Positions 9,156 through 18,486 of a stretch of DNA of 64,000 nucleotides are shown piece after piece. Source of the stretch: a virus; the IMG/VR virus record IMGVR_UViG_3300022680_000058, positions 1 through 64,000 of that record; one strand, given 5' to 3'. The notes under the pieces are model-generated. The model saw nothing but the letters and a program-made list of their open reading frames with translations, did not search any database and was not told the origin of the DNA. Both the position numbers and the translations under genes were made by a program. Each line of letters begins with the position of its first letter. Positions within the stretch are counted from its first letter, which is position 1.

Positions 9156-9542
9156 TTACTCCTGCTTCTTCGATCGGAAAACAATGAACGAGACATCATG
9201 ACTTTCGAGGTCCGACGAGCCCGATGGAATGTCGATGGTGAACAATCTCTCGATCAATGCATAAGGAGCTGCCCTTGTGAATCTATAGAACGAGTTCCCC
9301 TCGAACCTCTCATCACAAAGAACCGTGATGTCTCCAGTCTCACGCTCCCTGACAAGGAATCCGAACACCTGTCTCGGCTTGTCAATGACCTTGAGCTTCA
9401 CCTCGACATCATCATCCAAGTCGTACTCAATGCCGCCACAAATAACTTCTCCAGCTCCAACCATGACCTTCATGCCCGATACAGACACATCAAGCCCAAG
9501 CCTGAAGGATGGCGTCTCTGCTATCTCCTTGTACTTCATCAT
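9156..9542 (-). CDS. hypothetical protein, possible fibre-associated chaperone
   Basis: Translationally coupled to the upstream fibre gene. Confidence 0.55.
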   Translation of the reverse strand: MMKYKEIAETPSFRLGLDVSVSGMKVMVGAGEVICGGIEYDLDDDVEVKLKVIDKPRQVFGFLVRERETGDITVLCDERFEGNSFYRFTRAAPYALIERLFTIDIPSGSSDLESHDVSFIVFRSKKQE

Positions 9543-11737
9543 GACGTCTGCCTCGCAAGAACGACGATATCAATGGCGCCAGACATAGCGCTTGCGTTTT
9601 TCTCCGTGACGACCGCTGCACCGCCACTCGTATCAGCTTCGAGGAACCTCACCTCGAAACCACCAGTGGTCTTGTTCGCCCAGAACGGAAGGACCCAACT
9701 ATTGGCGATCTCCTCTTCTGCCCCGAAAACAACAGCATACTCTGTGTCAGCCATCGGATATCCAAAGCTGAACGACAAAGACGCCCCTGGTACTGCCGCC
9801 TCATCGAGATTGAACCCCTCATTCACAGTCCCAACAGCGGCGATCCATGAATATGTGATCCAGGCCTTGACGATATTCTTGGCATACAGGGCGTTCCCAA
9901 ATGGAGTCTCACTGAACAGCGGATTGGACCCTGGGTGCCCTACCGTCACATTCGAGAACCAGACCCTACCATCACGGGGTTCGACAATCGTCTGATTTGG
10001 ATGGACAGAGCTCCCCATGACCGCCCTGAACATGTCGATGCCAGGGGACGACCAATCGGTTTCTGGCCACGGGCTAGCATCTGAAGATTCATACCGCTGC
10101 ATGACGAGACCTTGCTCATCAGTCGAATCTCCGACACCGATCTTGATCCTCTGAGAGTTCAACCCTACGACATCTCTGACCCACTGAGTTCCATCCCACC
10201 TGGCGTTCCATGTGAAGAGCAGGATGTTGTTGATCATCGTCCCGCCATCGGCGGTGTTCTCTGTCAGGTAGATCCGAATTGGACACCTGGTAGCAGTCGT
10301 GTACGGAGTCGACTGAAAGAGCAGGGTGAACCCATTCCCAACAGTCCCATCGCCATGGTAGCTCTCCAAACGAGCCTTGGCCATCTCAGCGGCTGTGGAC
10401 AACACGTTCTCGCCGACTCTGAGTCTTCCCCTGGTGAGCTTCAAGAGCCAGCTCGTTGCCGCCTCTCGGAGATCAGATATCTCGTACTCAAGGCCAGTAA
10501 GAGAATTGTTGGCACAAAAGAACTTGAGAGCTCGGTCTGCAATATCACTCGGGTCAGTCAATAGTGCCGACAAAACTGGGGCAACCGTTACCATCGACAC
10601 CATCCTGTCCCCAGACAGAATGTCAGCGTCGAGATCGTACTGTGTCTCGACAGACCCAACCTCTAACCACAGATTGAAGTCATCAAAACTGATGTCACCG
10701 ATGAACCCAGAGCTATCCTCAACGATGAGCTCGACCCGGATGTGAGACGCGCTCGCGGGGACCTTTACTATCCCTTGGAGTTGAATATAGCTGAACGTTC
10801 CGGTGACGACTGTCCCATCCTCGATGATCTCGAACCCACCATTCCACGAGGCTGGAGACGTCACGACTGTTCCGTCGTCCTCGTAAGCTGTGAGTCTGAT
10901 CCCCACCTTCGCTGACGCTCCATCCTGCAAGGTGACGCCATCACCCCTCACCCAGACAGACGCCATGAGATTCTGACCAGGGACGACCTTGATCGTCCTG
11001 GTGCATCTCGCATACATCGCATGAGAAAGCCCACCTCCTCCACCATCGGCAAGGAGGGAATTCTCACCTGTCCTTGGCTGTGAGGCTGGAGCGCTCGTAG
11101 GAGTCAAAATCTCCCAAATCCCATGTGAAAGCGTATCGCCCATCCACCAACCGACAAAAGAACGAGAAAGGTCGGTCGAAGAAATTCTCAATCCAGGCCC
11201 CTCGAAGGACCCATTCACGATCGCCTGACGCCACCCCCTCATTCCAGATGACATGTTGAGTGCAGCTTCAGTCCTTCTGTCACTCGTAATATCAGTCTCA
11301 GGGATCAGTGCCGCGACACCAGGGACGTCAGCGCTCCCAAGGCAGAGAATCGTGCTGTCGGCATCCACTTCGGCAGAAGACAACCCCTGCCACTTCACGG
11401 TTGTGTCCGCCCCAACGGTATAGTTAATGACGAGCCCGATATATGCTGTCGTTCCAGGGAGCCCACCAACATCAAGATCCAGAGTGACGTCTCCAACCTG
11501 GCGAAACGTCATCTGCTGGCCATTGGAATTGATGACGGAATAGATGCTGTCGCCAGTATCAGGATCAGCCTGAATCGTCACTCTCGATGCCAGAGCACTC
11601 GCCACGAGTCTCCCACCGCGAATGACACCATGTGGGGCCAATCCATTGAGCTTCTCATTGAGACCTTGTGAAGCATACGGCTCTCGCCATCTGACCTTCA
11701 CTAGAGAGCTTGAAGGGGTCGAAAGATCAGTCGCCAT
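9539..11737 (-). CDS. tail fibre / receptor-binding protein with carbohydrate-binding-like domain
   Basis: 732 aa, beta-rich; IVNGSFE..ISFDDFNL is CBM4/9-like; follows the baseplate genes. Confidence 0.65.
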   Translation of the reverse strand: MATDLSTPSSSLVKVRWREPYASQGLNEKLNGLAPHGVIRGGRLVASALASRVTIQADPDTGDSIYSVINSNGQQMTFRQVGDVTLDLDVGGLPGTTAYIGLVINYTVGADTTVKWQGLSSAEVDADSTILCLGSADVPGVAALIPETDITSDRRTEAALNMSSGMRGWRQAIVNGSFEGPGLRISSTDLSRSFVGWWMGDTLSHGIWEILTPTSAPASQPRTGENSLLADGGGGGLSHAMYARCTRTIKVVPGQNLMASVWVRGDGVTLQDGASAKVGIRLTAYEDDGTVVTSPASWNGGFEIIEDGTVVTGTFSYIQLQGIVKVPASASHIRVELIVEDSSGFIGDISFDDFNLWLEVGSVETQYDLDADILSGDRMVSMVTVAPVLSALLTDPSDIADRALKFFCANNSLTGLEYEISDLREAATSWLLKLTRGRLRVGENVLSTAAEMAKARLESYHGDGTVGNGFTLLFQSTPYTTATRCPIRIYLTENTADGGTMINNILLFTWNARWDGTQWVRDVVGLNSQRIKIGVGDSTDEQGLVMQRYESSDASPWPETDWSSPGIDMFRAVMGSSVHPNQTIVEPRDGRVWFSNVTVGHPGSNPLFSETPFGNALYAKNIVKAWITYSWIAAVGTVNEGFNLDEAAVPGASLSFSFGYPMADTEYAVVFGAEEEIANSWVLPFWANKTTGGFEVRFLEADTSGGAAVVTEKNASAMSGAIDIVVLARQTS

Positions 11738-11750
11738 TCTACTATCTCCT

Positions 11751-12455
11751 CTACATGGTGAGGTCTGCTATCGTCACCAACTGGACCCCAGAAATTTTTT
11801 CCTGTTTATCAAACGTCATGTACCCAATCATGACGCCGTCATTGTCGAAAATCCCAATCTCATAGAACTCTGGTGTCGAACCGAGCTGTGTCGTATTCGC
11901 CTCAGAAGCTCCAACGGTACATGTGATTTCCGTGATCGCCGGAAGAACGGTATCGAAGAGAACGTCAGCGACAGTGAGCGCTTTCCGAAACACATACAAC
12001 GGAGAACTCGCTGTATGACCAGCTCTCGAACCTATCGTGGTCCCACCACCATAGTTCGCCGTCAAAACGAGGTTACTGTTGTCCGTCACGGACAAAACCT
12101 CGCCCCACACATCCTCTTCCGTACCTGGAGTCCCAGCCGAGTATGGATCAGCGGAAGGTGTCGGCCCCGGCTTGATCCAATCACCAGGGCTCACGTCAGC
12201 CAAGAAACTTGTGCCAGCCCCTGTCACGTTTGGAGAGCCATTGGTGAAGCCAACAGTCCCGCCACCAGGGAGAGGTGTTCCCTCGCCCTCAATATCAGTG
12301 AATGTCGCGTCTGGAGTGATCGGAGACCCTGCCAAAGAACCGCCTTCACCAATCTTGAACCTGACGATGTCACTTTTTGTTCTCGCAATATCCCGTGAAT
12401 ACACGAGCGCAAGGACAGTTCTCCAGTTGTTCTGGACGGTTGCTGAAACTGCCAC
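11751..12455 (-). CDS. baseplate / tail-fibre attachment protein (P2 gpH N-terminal or gp8-like)
   Basis: RFKIGEGG..FYEIGIFDNDGVMIGYMTF..K motif. Confidence 0.65.
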   Translation of the reverse strand: MAVSATVQNNWRTVLALVYSRDIARTKSDIVRFKIGEGGSLAGSPITPDATFTDIEGEGTPLPGGGTVGFTNGSPNVTGAGTSFLADVSPGDWIKPGPTPSADPYSAGTPGTEEDVWGEVLSVTDNSNLVLTANYGGGTTIGSRAGHTASSPLYVFRKALTVADVLFDTVLPAITEITCTVGASEANTTQLGSTPEFYEIGIFDNDGVMIGYMTFDKQEKISGVQLVTIADLTM

Positions 12456-12467
12456 GTCTCAATCCTC

Positions 12468-14219
12468 CTACACCTCAACAGTCCAAGAGCCAGCGAAGAC
12501 CTCAGCCACGCCGCCCGCATTCGTATACGTGATCTGCGTCGGGCTGACGTAACCCGTAATTGGAAATGTACCATCATTGGCTGGAGTTGTCGCGCCAGAG
12601 ATGACCACATCCTTACCAACCATACCGGCATCGAATCCACCAGCAGCATCTGTCAACGTCATGTTTGGAGCCGTTCCTGAAATGGAATCACCAGTACCGA
12701 TCTCGAACTGAGAACCATCAATATGAAGATGCGCGGGATCAAGAGTCAGCTCATCCGCTGGTACCATGTCGAAGTAGTATCCAACTGGCATATAAGCAAA
12801 GAGAGCTCTCTGCTGTGATGCCGTCATGATGAGGTGCTGTCCAGCGACACCAACCGCGAGCTCTACAGGACCAACAATATGGACCAAGTCAGCAACACGA
12901 ACATGGATGGGGACTACCTTGAGAATCCTGTCCCTCACACGTTCAAGAGCTCCATCAAGGCGCGCTGTGGGCTCGTTCAAAATCTCGTCAGGGGTAATCT
13001 CAACCCTGATGGTACTCGCCCTACAGTAGCAACAGAGTGATTGCTCTGGGCAGTCATAGCTGAGATTGACTGTCGCCCCAAAAGTCGGCGCCGTTCCAGC
13101 AAGAATCTCAAAAGTCCACGAAGCCCCTCCATCAACAGGGGTTGTTTCGAGCCAAAAATCACCACTGTCTCCTGATGGGAAGTTCGCATACCACCTCCCA
13201 TGCCGAGCAATACTCCACAGATCCGCCGATCCATTGACCTCGATTCTCCATCGTCCGCCACCCAAATCAGTGGTCGAAGAGATGGTCAACCCCTGGGTAT
13301 ACGAATTGATGGCATCTGACACAGATGTCCCATCAGGGAGGGGACCAGCAGGCGGCTCGATGGCGTCTGTGGTCCAATTCGGCGTGTCCCAGCACATCAT
13401 GTCAAGAGGAACAGCATCCAAACTGACATCGTCAAATGAAGGCCTTGTGGGGGGCTGATTGGTGTAGTAGTTCCCACTGTTCTCGGGGATCTCGAATATC
13501 TGGTTTGGAGCCAATGGGTCGAAAGAGTCTCCACAAAGGCGCCACAAAGGGACGGCAACGACATCGTATCCCGCCATCTTCCCAACAATCTCGTATCCCC
13601 TTTGAGCTCCCTTCGCGGCGTACAATTGCCACGCGTTCCTAACGATGGCTCTTTGAAACGACTCCGGATCGTGTTGATCGATTTCGACGCCATAGTCATT
13701 GCCAAGGTATTCAATGATTGATGGTGGCCTCAGAGTTGCGTCACCGACCGGGGATGCCCCGGTATTCGGCAAGATGTTCCCCTTGATGATGAAAGCATCA
13801 GAAAGTTTGTGGATATCAGTGACAATGAACTCTCGACCATCAGAATCCGTGAGAATCCAACCAACAGAAGTATCACCAAGAGGGACAAACGGGTCGCTAG
13901 GATCAGTGTCTTCGACCTCAACCCTAACCGTCAAACCATCTTCTTCGACAACAGCAGATGTCAATCTGACGCTGATATTTTCCTGATACTGCGTCCGGAC
14001 ATCATCAGGGTCTCTGAGTGTTTCGAGGCCAATCGCAGACTCCAACAGGTCCCTGAACAGACCAGCCTGTGAATCAGCCCAATTCTCAAGAGTCCCGCCG
14101 CCGTCTTCCCTGTCAGCCTGCCTATCTACTGATGGGAGGTCGTAGAACAGAACCTGTTTCGCCCAATCGAAGGCACCGAAAGGTCCATCGCCGAAAAATC
14201 CACTCCCGAAGCCTCCCAC
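12468..14219 (-). CDS. baseplate wedge protein (gp7/gpI-like)
   Basis: IEYLGNDYG..RAIVRNAWQLYAAKGAQRG and LKVVPIHV motifs. Confidence 0.65.
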   Translation of the reverse strand: MGGFGSGFFGDGPFGAFDWAKQVLFYDLPSVDRQADREDGGGTLENWADSQAGLFRDLLESAIGLETLRDPDDVRTQYQENISVRLTSAVVEEDGLTVRVEVEDTDPSDPFVPLGDTSVGWILTDSDGREFIVTDIHKLSDAFIIKGNILPNTGASPVGDATLRPPSIIEYLGNDYGVEIDQHDPESFQRAIVRNAWQLYAAKGAQRGYEIVGKMAGYDVVAVPLWRLCGDSFDPLAPNQIFEIPENSGNYYTNQPPTRPSFDDVSLDAVPLDMMCWDTPNWTTDAIEPPAGPLPDGTSVSDAINSYTQGLTISSTTDLGGGRWRIEVNGSADLWSIARHGRWYANFPSGDSGDFWLETTPVDGGASWTFEILAGTAPTFGATVNLSYDCPEQSLCCYCRASTIRVEITPDEILNEPTARLDGALERVRDRILKVVPIHVRVADLVHIVGPVELAVGVAGQHLIMTASQQRALFAYMPVGYYFDMVPADELTLDPAHLHIDGSQFEIGTGDSISGTAPNMTLTDAAGGFDAGMVGKDVVISGATTPANDGTFPITGYVSPTQITYTNAGGVAEVFAGSWTVEV

Positions 14220-14243
14220 TCTCCACCTCCCGAGATCAGACTA

Positions 14244-16007
14244 TCACCCTCTCGACGAACCGTAATCATCAAGGGCACTGTCAATCACGTCACCAGATGT
14301 TGTCTCAGACTGATTCCAATTCCCTGTGAATGGATCAGCATTGTAACCATTCCGATTACTGTGAATCGCAGTGCTGGCTGTGGGGTTTGAAATAGGAACG
14401 TTCGCGCCCCCATCACCATGAATGAATGTCGACTGCTGGAGATAGAGGTTTGGATTGTCAGCAGAGTTGAGTTCAATTGCTGGAGCTCCACTTCCGCCCC
14501 TCAAATGGGATGTCCCATACACTCTAAGTGTTGGATCAACATCGCCAACTCTTACCGCCGCCAAACTTGCTGTGGTTGGGAATATGTCTGATCCAATGAT
14601 TTCAACAACAGTCGTGCTGTCGCCACCACTGATATCAACCTGCCCATCCATGAAACACCCATCAATTTCTAGATGAGCTCCAATACCAGACACATCAATG
14701 TTCCCCTGGTCAATCTTTACTTTGTCCAGCCTCAAAGACCCAGAAGTTGCCAACGTGAATAGGTCTGCATTCCCTCCACGATCAAGAGTAAAAGACCTAC
14801 CACGACCATCAATCGTAATGTCAGCGGACGCTGCTATTGAAATTGCCCCAGTGAACGCAAGGTCATCTTCAATAACAACAACTCCCTTTGTCGTTCCATG
14901 ATTCGAGACTGCTATGCTCAGGCTCTTATGATAATCTCTACCACCATTCACACAAACTCTATGTACAGCATTCAATAATCGAATACCACACATACCATAA
15001 TTCATCGTAGTTCCACTTACATTCGCCGTGCGGACGCTGCCACCATATCCATATATCCCACAATCACTAGATGAACCAACTGTAAGGTTGCAATTGTTTA
15101 TTATTGCACCATCATTCGCTTCAACTGCATGGTGAACTGTTCCAGTTATATCACACCCATCAAGAATCAAATTTCCCGCCTGCGTTTGAATCGTACCAAC
15201 AGACGATGAGCTGCCAGACATTCTTGTTCCAACAGCCTTGAACGTACCACCAGCAATCCGTGTAACACCCTCGACGTAACAATTGTAAAGCTCCATCACG
15301 CCAGAGCTGTAAATCATAAGAGCTGTAGCACCAGAAGGCTGCTCAAAACGGCAATGATAATACCTATGCTCACCAGAATTGTTTGTTCTTCTCTCACCAG
15401 CAGAATATGAAACAAATGTACAGTCAGTAGAAAAACAACCAGTACCAGTTGTCATTCCATATGTTCCACCTGTTGAAGAACCAGCGGTCCTGAATGTAAC
15501 CCCAGTTATAGAACTGTTACTCGACGTCCAGTTGAGGATCGCTCCAGATGCGTCCCAGTAAAATTCAACAGCAGCAGACCCTCCAAACCCATAAAGAGAG
15601 AGGTAGTCAGTGTTAAGTGTAACCTGCTCGTTATACACCCCAGGCATTGCAACTATTGCAACCCTATTTGTCGACGACGGTGTTAGCGCGTCAGCAAGTG
15701 TTTTTGCTTGAGAATATGTCTTCACAGCAGTGTCAAGAGTAAGCCCATCATTCGCGTCATTGCCGTTTGGGCTCATGATTATGACATTGTCAAAATTGAT
15801 TGATAATGCACCACCAAGAGATGACCATACACCAGCCCCAACAGTAGCTGTATCACAAACATACAAACCATCACCTGTAACATAACAGGTGTCTCCAATC
15901 TCTACAGCCGCATCTTGTATCGTAGCTCCAGAGACGTTCGGGAGCTGTGAAGTGCTCGCCACATCTCCCCAGTGATTGTGAAACTGAGTTGGACTTTTCT
16001 TAGCCAT
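14244..16007 (-). CDS. parallel beta-helix tailspike / depolymerase-like protein
   Basis: GNDANDG..PGVYNEQV lead-in followed by pectin-lyase-like repeats; AT-rich relative to flanks. Confidence 0.65.
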   Translation of the reverse strand: MAKKSPTQFHNHWGDVASTSQLPNVSGATIQDAAVEIGDTCYVTGDGLYVCDTATVGAGVWSSLGGALSINFDNVIIMSPNGNDANDGLTLDTAVKTYSQAKTLADALTPSSTNRVAIVAMPGVYNEQVTLNTDYLSLYGFGGSAAVEFYWDASGAILNWTSSNSSITGVTFRTAGSSTGGTYGMTTGTGCFSTDCTFVSYSAGERRTNNSGEHRYYHCRFEQPSGATALMIYSSGVMELYNCYVEGVTRIAGGTFKAVGTRMSGSSSSVGTIQTQAGNLILDGCDITGTVHHAVEANDGAIINNCNLTVGSSSDCGIYGYGGSVRTANVSGTTMNYGMCGIRLLNAVHRVCVNGGRDYHKSLSIAVSNHGTTKGVVVIEDDLAFTGAISIAASADITIDGRGRSFTLDRGGNADLFTLATSGSLRLDKVKIDQGNIDVSGIGAHLEIDGCFMDGQVDISGGDSTTVVEIIGSDIFPTTASLAAVRVGDVDPTLRVYGTSHLRGGSGAPAIELNSADNPNLYLQQSTFIHGDGGANVPISNPTASTAIHSNRNGYNADPFTGNWNQSETTSGDVIDSALDDYGSSRG

Positions 16008-16016
16008 CTTTAGCCC

Positions 16017-17885
16017 CTACAGGTTATGAGCGATGTCGTTTCCTGTTCCAGAATCATTGTAATTATTGGCAGATGGCGTAACACCATCAAAAAAGTTGTT
16101 TGAAATGACAGTGTTGTAATCTCCAGAGATATTGAGTGCAGACTGCCATCCGCTACCACCGATCAGGTCACCAACACCGCGATTACCTGATATGATACAA
16201 AAATCTGAAGATGCATTGATAGCGTTTGCTCCAGAAGCACCTGTGAGCCCTTCAATCCTGTTATCTTGCAACGAGCACCTGTGAGCAGCAGAGCCAATGG
16301 AAACACCATCACCGCCCATAGATGCGAGCCTTGTGAGAACATTCCCATGAACCTCACAATTCTCAGAGCTCAGGTTCACAATAGTGTCGTATGTCCCATC
16401 AATCTCCGAGTTAAAGACAATGACAGGTCCACCTGAATCATAAACACCAATGTCCGCACCATACGAAACCAAAGCAGACACAGTGTTTATCGACCCGCTC
16501 TTCGTAATCACAGAAGCGAATGGAGAAGCTCCAAACGCAGCCAATATCTGAGGAACATTTACAGCAAAACAATCAACGACCCTGCTTGTACTACTCACAC
16601 CTGGGTTCATGCAAAATGCCGCCTCTACAGTGACATTATTCGCAAGGTCCCACCCAGTCCATCCGTTCTCAAACGATACAGCGACGTGACGACATGTCGC
16701 CTCGTACCCACCAAGGGTTACGATCCCATCAACAACATTCTGGACATCCCCCATAGTCGCATCAGGACAAAAGATCGTCACATTCTCCAATGACGCCCCA
16801 GCACTCAACGAAAATGCCCGAGGGTCAACTGGATTTCCAGAATACAATGTAGAAATGGTCACCTGTCCGTAACCAGCACCTCGAACCCTCACACTGGCTG
16901 GTATCGTGATCGGACCTGTCAAGGAACCAAGTGAGTAGTCATACGTCCCAGGTCTGATATATACGTCTCTCGCCGGTGATCCAGATGCCGCCGCGATAGC
17001 AGCAGCCAACTGAACACCATCTCCAATATCCAGGTAATCAACATCACTGGCAGAGTCGCCCGCGACCTGGTTCCCTACAATGATCGCTGGAGCTGATTTA
17101 TCTCCAGAGCTCCCAACAATCGAACCGATCGTTGCTCTCTTTTTCGAGAACGAGTCAGCAGAATCCTCGATAACGAGGATGTCAGCAGAGATAGGCGTCC
17201 CCTTCAATGTGATGCCTTGAATCTCGCTTCCAACACTCTGATGTATCGCGTCAGAGTCTGTTGTCGGGAGCGACATCACAGTCGCCTTCTTTTTCGAGTA
17301 CGAGTCTGCCGAATCCTCAAGGAGGACAATATCAGCAGAGACAGGAGTCGCCTTCAGAGCTACTCCGTTGATCTCTCCTGACACATTCACATGAACAGCA
17401 TTCGCATCCGTGGCAGACCCACCAGGGTTCGGAGCTACGCCATTTGCAGTCTGACCATCTGACAGGCTGATTCCAGTCCTGAGGTAGATGACATTTCCAA
17501 CCCTCACACCAAACGCCATCGCATCGTCTGTGGACGGCAACGTCGAAACCTTCGAGAACGCCGCCGTCCCATTCGCAAGAATTGACCTGGTGATATCGAC
17601 ATAGACGATCTCACCGTCAGCCCAAGACGCGATGGAACCAGCGGCGATCTGAATGAGCTTTCCACTGATCGGGGACAGAATGCTGATCGTATCAGTCCAG
17701 TCCAGCGTACCGCTTGCCAGTGTCCATGTAAGGACACCACCACCAGTCCAGATGATACTCCTGTCTTCACGAGAGGCGAATCCAGATCCATCAAGAGCAG
17801 AGACGAGATCCTCAAACCCATCAAACCATGGGTCGTCATACTGTGAAGGGTAAGGCCACCCGAGACGTGGAGAGCTTTGAGTCAT
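16017..17885 (-). CDS. tailspike / fibre with beta-helix C-terminus
   Basis: N-terminal LGWPYP anchor, internal 50-aa duplication, VYIRPGTY and repeated GN/NN beta-helix rungs. Confidence 0.65.
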   Translation of the reverse strand: MTQSSPRLGWPYPSQYDDPWFDGFEDLVSALDGSGFASREDRSIIWTGGGVLTWTLASGTLDWTDTISILSPISGKLIQIAAGSIASWADGEIVYVDITRSILANGTAAFSKVSTLPSTDDAMAFGVRVGNVIYLRTGISLSDGQTANGVAPNPGGSATDANAVHVNVSGEINGVALKATPVSADIVLLEDSADSYSKKKATVMSLPTTDSDAIHQSVGSEIQGITLKGTPISADILVIEDSADSFSKKRATIGSIVGSSGDKSAPAIIVGNQVAGDSASDVDYLDIGDGVQLAAAIAAASGSPARDVYIRPGTYDYSLGSLTGPITIPASVRVRGAGYGQVTISTLYSGNPVDPRAFSLSAGASLENVTIFCPDATMGDVQNVVDGIVTLGGYEATCRHVAVSFENGWTGWDLANNVTVEAAFCMNPGVSSTSRVVDCFAVNVPQILAAFGASPFASVITKSGSINTVSALVSYGADIGVYDSGGPVIVFNSEIDGTYDTIVNLSSENCEVHGNVLTRLASMGGDGVSIGSAAHRCSLQDNRIEGLTGASGANAINASSDFCIISGNRGVGDLIGGSGWQSALNISGDYNTVISNNFFDGVTPSANNYNDSGTGNDIAHNL

Positions 17886-17889
17886 TGTC

Positions 17890-18486
17890 CTACCTATCCA
17901 GAAGGTCTGTCTGAGCTCTTGCGCTTTCTTCGTGCGCCGAGCCCCAGTACGCCTTTTCGCCCCTCAGGAGAGCTGTGAGCCACCCTGCCACCCCCATCAT
18001 AAGGTATCCAGAGGCCCAGATGGCCAGAAAGATGCCGAGAGCAGCCCAATACTCACCAACAACCAGCAAAGGAATAGCCGCGATGATGCCGACAAGGAAG
18101 CTCCTCATCATTGACACCTCACACTGCTCAACGTGGATGTGTTCATGCATCTGTGTTCTGGACCAAGTTTCTTTGTCCGCCTTTCTTCCGTATGGACCAT
18201 AGAAGATTCCGTGCCCCAGAGTTGTCCCGCCCCATGGACGACCAGGCTCTCTCATGTACCAGCCCTTCGGGAAAGTCCCTTCAACGACAGGGAACGAACC
18301 TTCTTTGATCTGACAGGTGAGACATGGTCCGCCACCTCCACCTGCTTTTTCGTCATATCTCGGAGGTGACTCCCACCGAAGATCCTTTCCCCAGAACAGA
18401 CGCACCAACAAAACAACTGGCCACGCGATCATGATGTCCCATGGAGCACTGAGGATGTACAAAACGATATGTCTCTTTGTCTTCAT
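17890..18486 (-). CDS. membrane-associated HExxH metallopeptidase-like protein (DUF4157-like)
   Basis: GTTLGHGIFY..HEHIHVEQ..HEESAR plus several hydrophobic segments. Confidence 0.55.
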   Translation of the reverse strand: MKTKRHIVLYILSAPWDIMIAWPVVLLVRLFWGKDLRWESPPRYDEKAGGGGGPCLTCQIKEGSFPVVEGTFPKGWYMREPGRPWGGTTLGHGIFYGPYGRKADKETWSRTQMHEHIHVEQCEVSMMRSFLVGIIAAIPLLVVGEYWAALGIFLAIWASGYLMMGVAGWLTALLRGEKAYWGSAHEESARAQTDLLDR

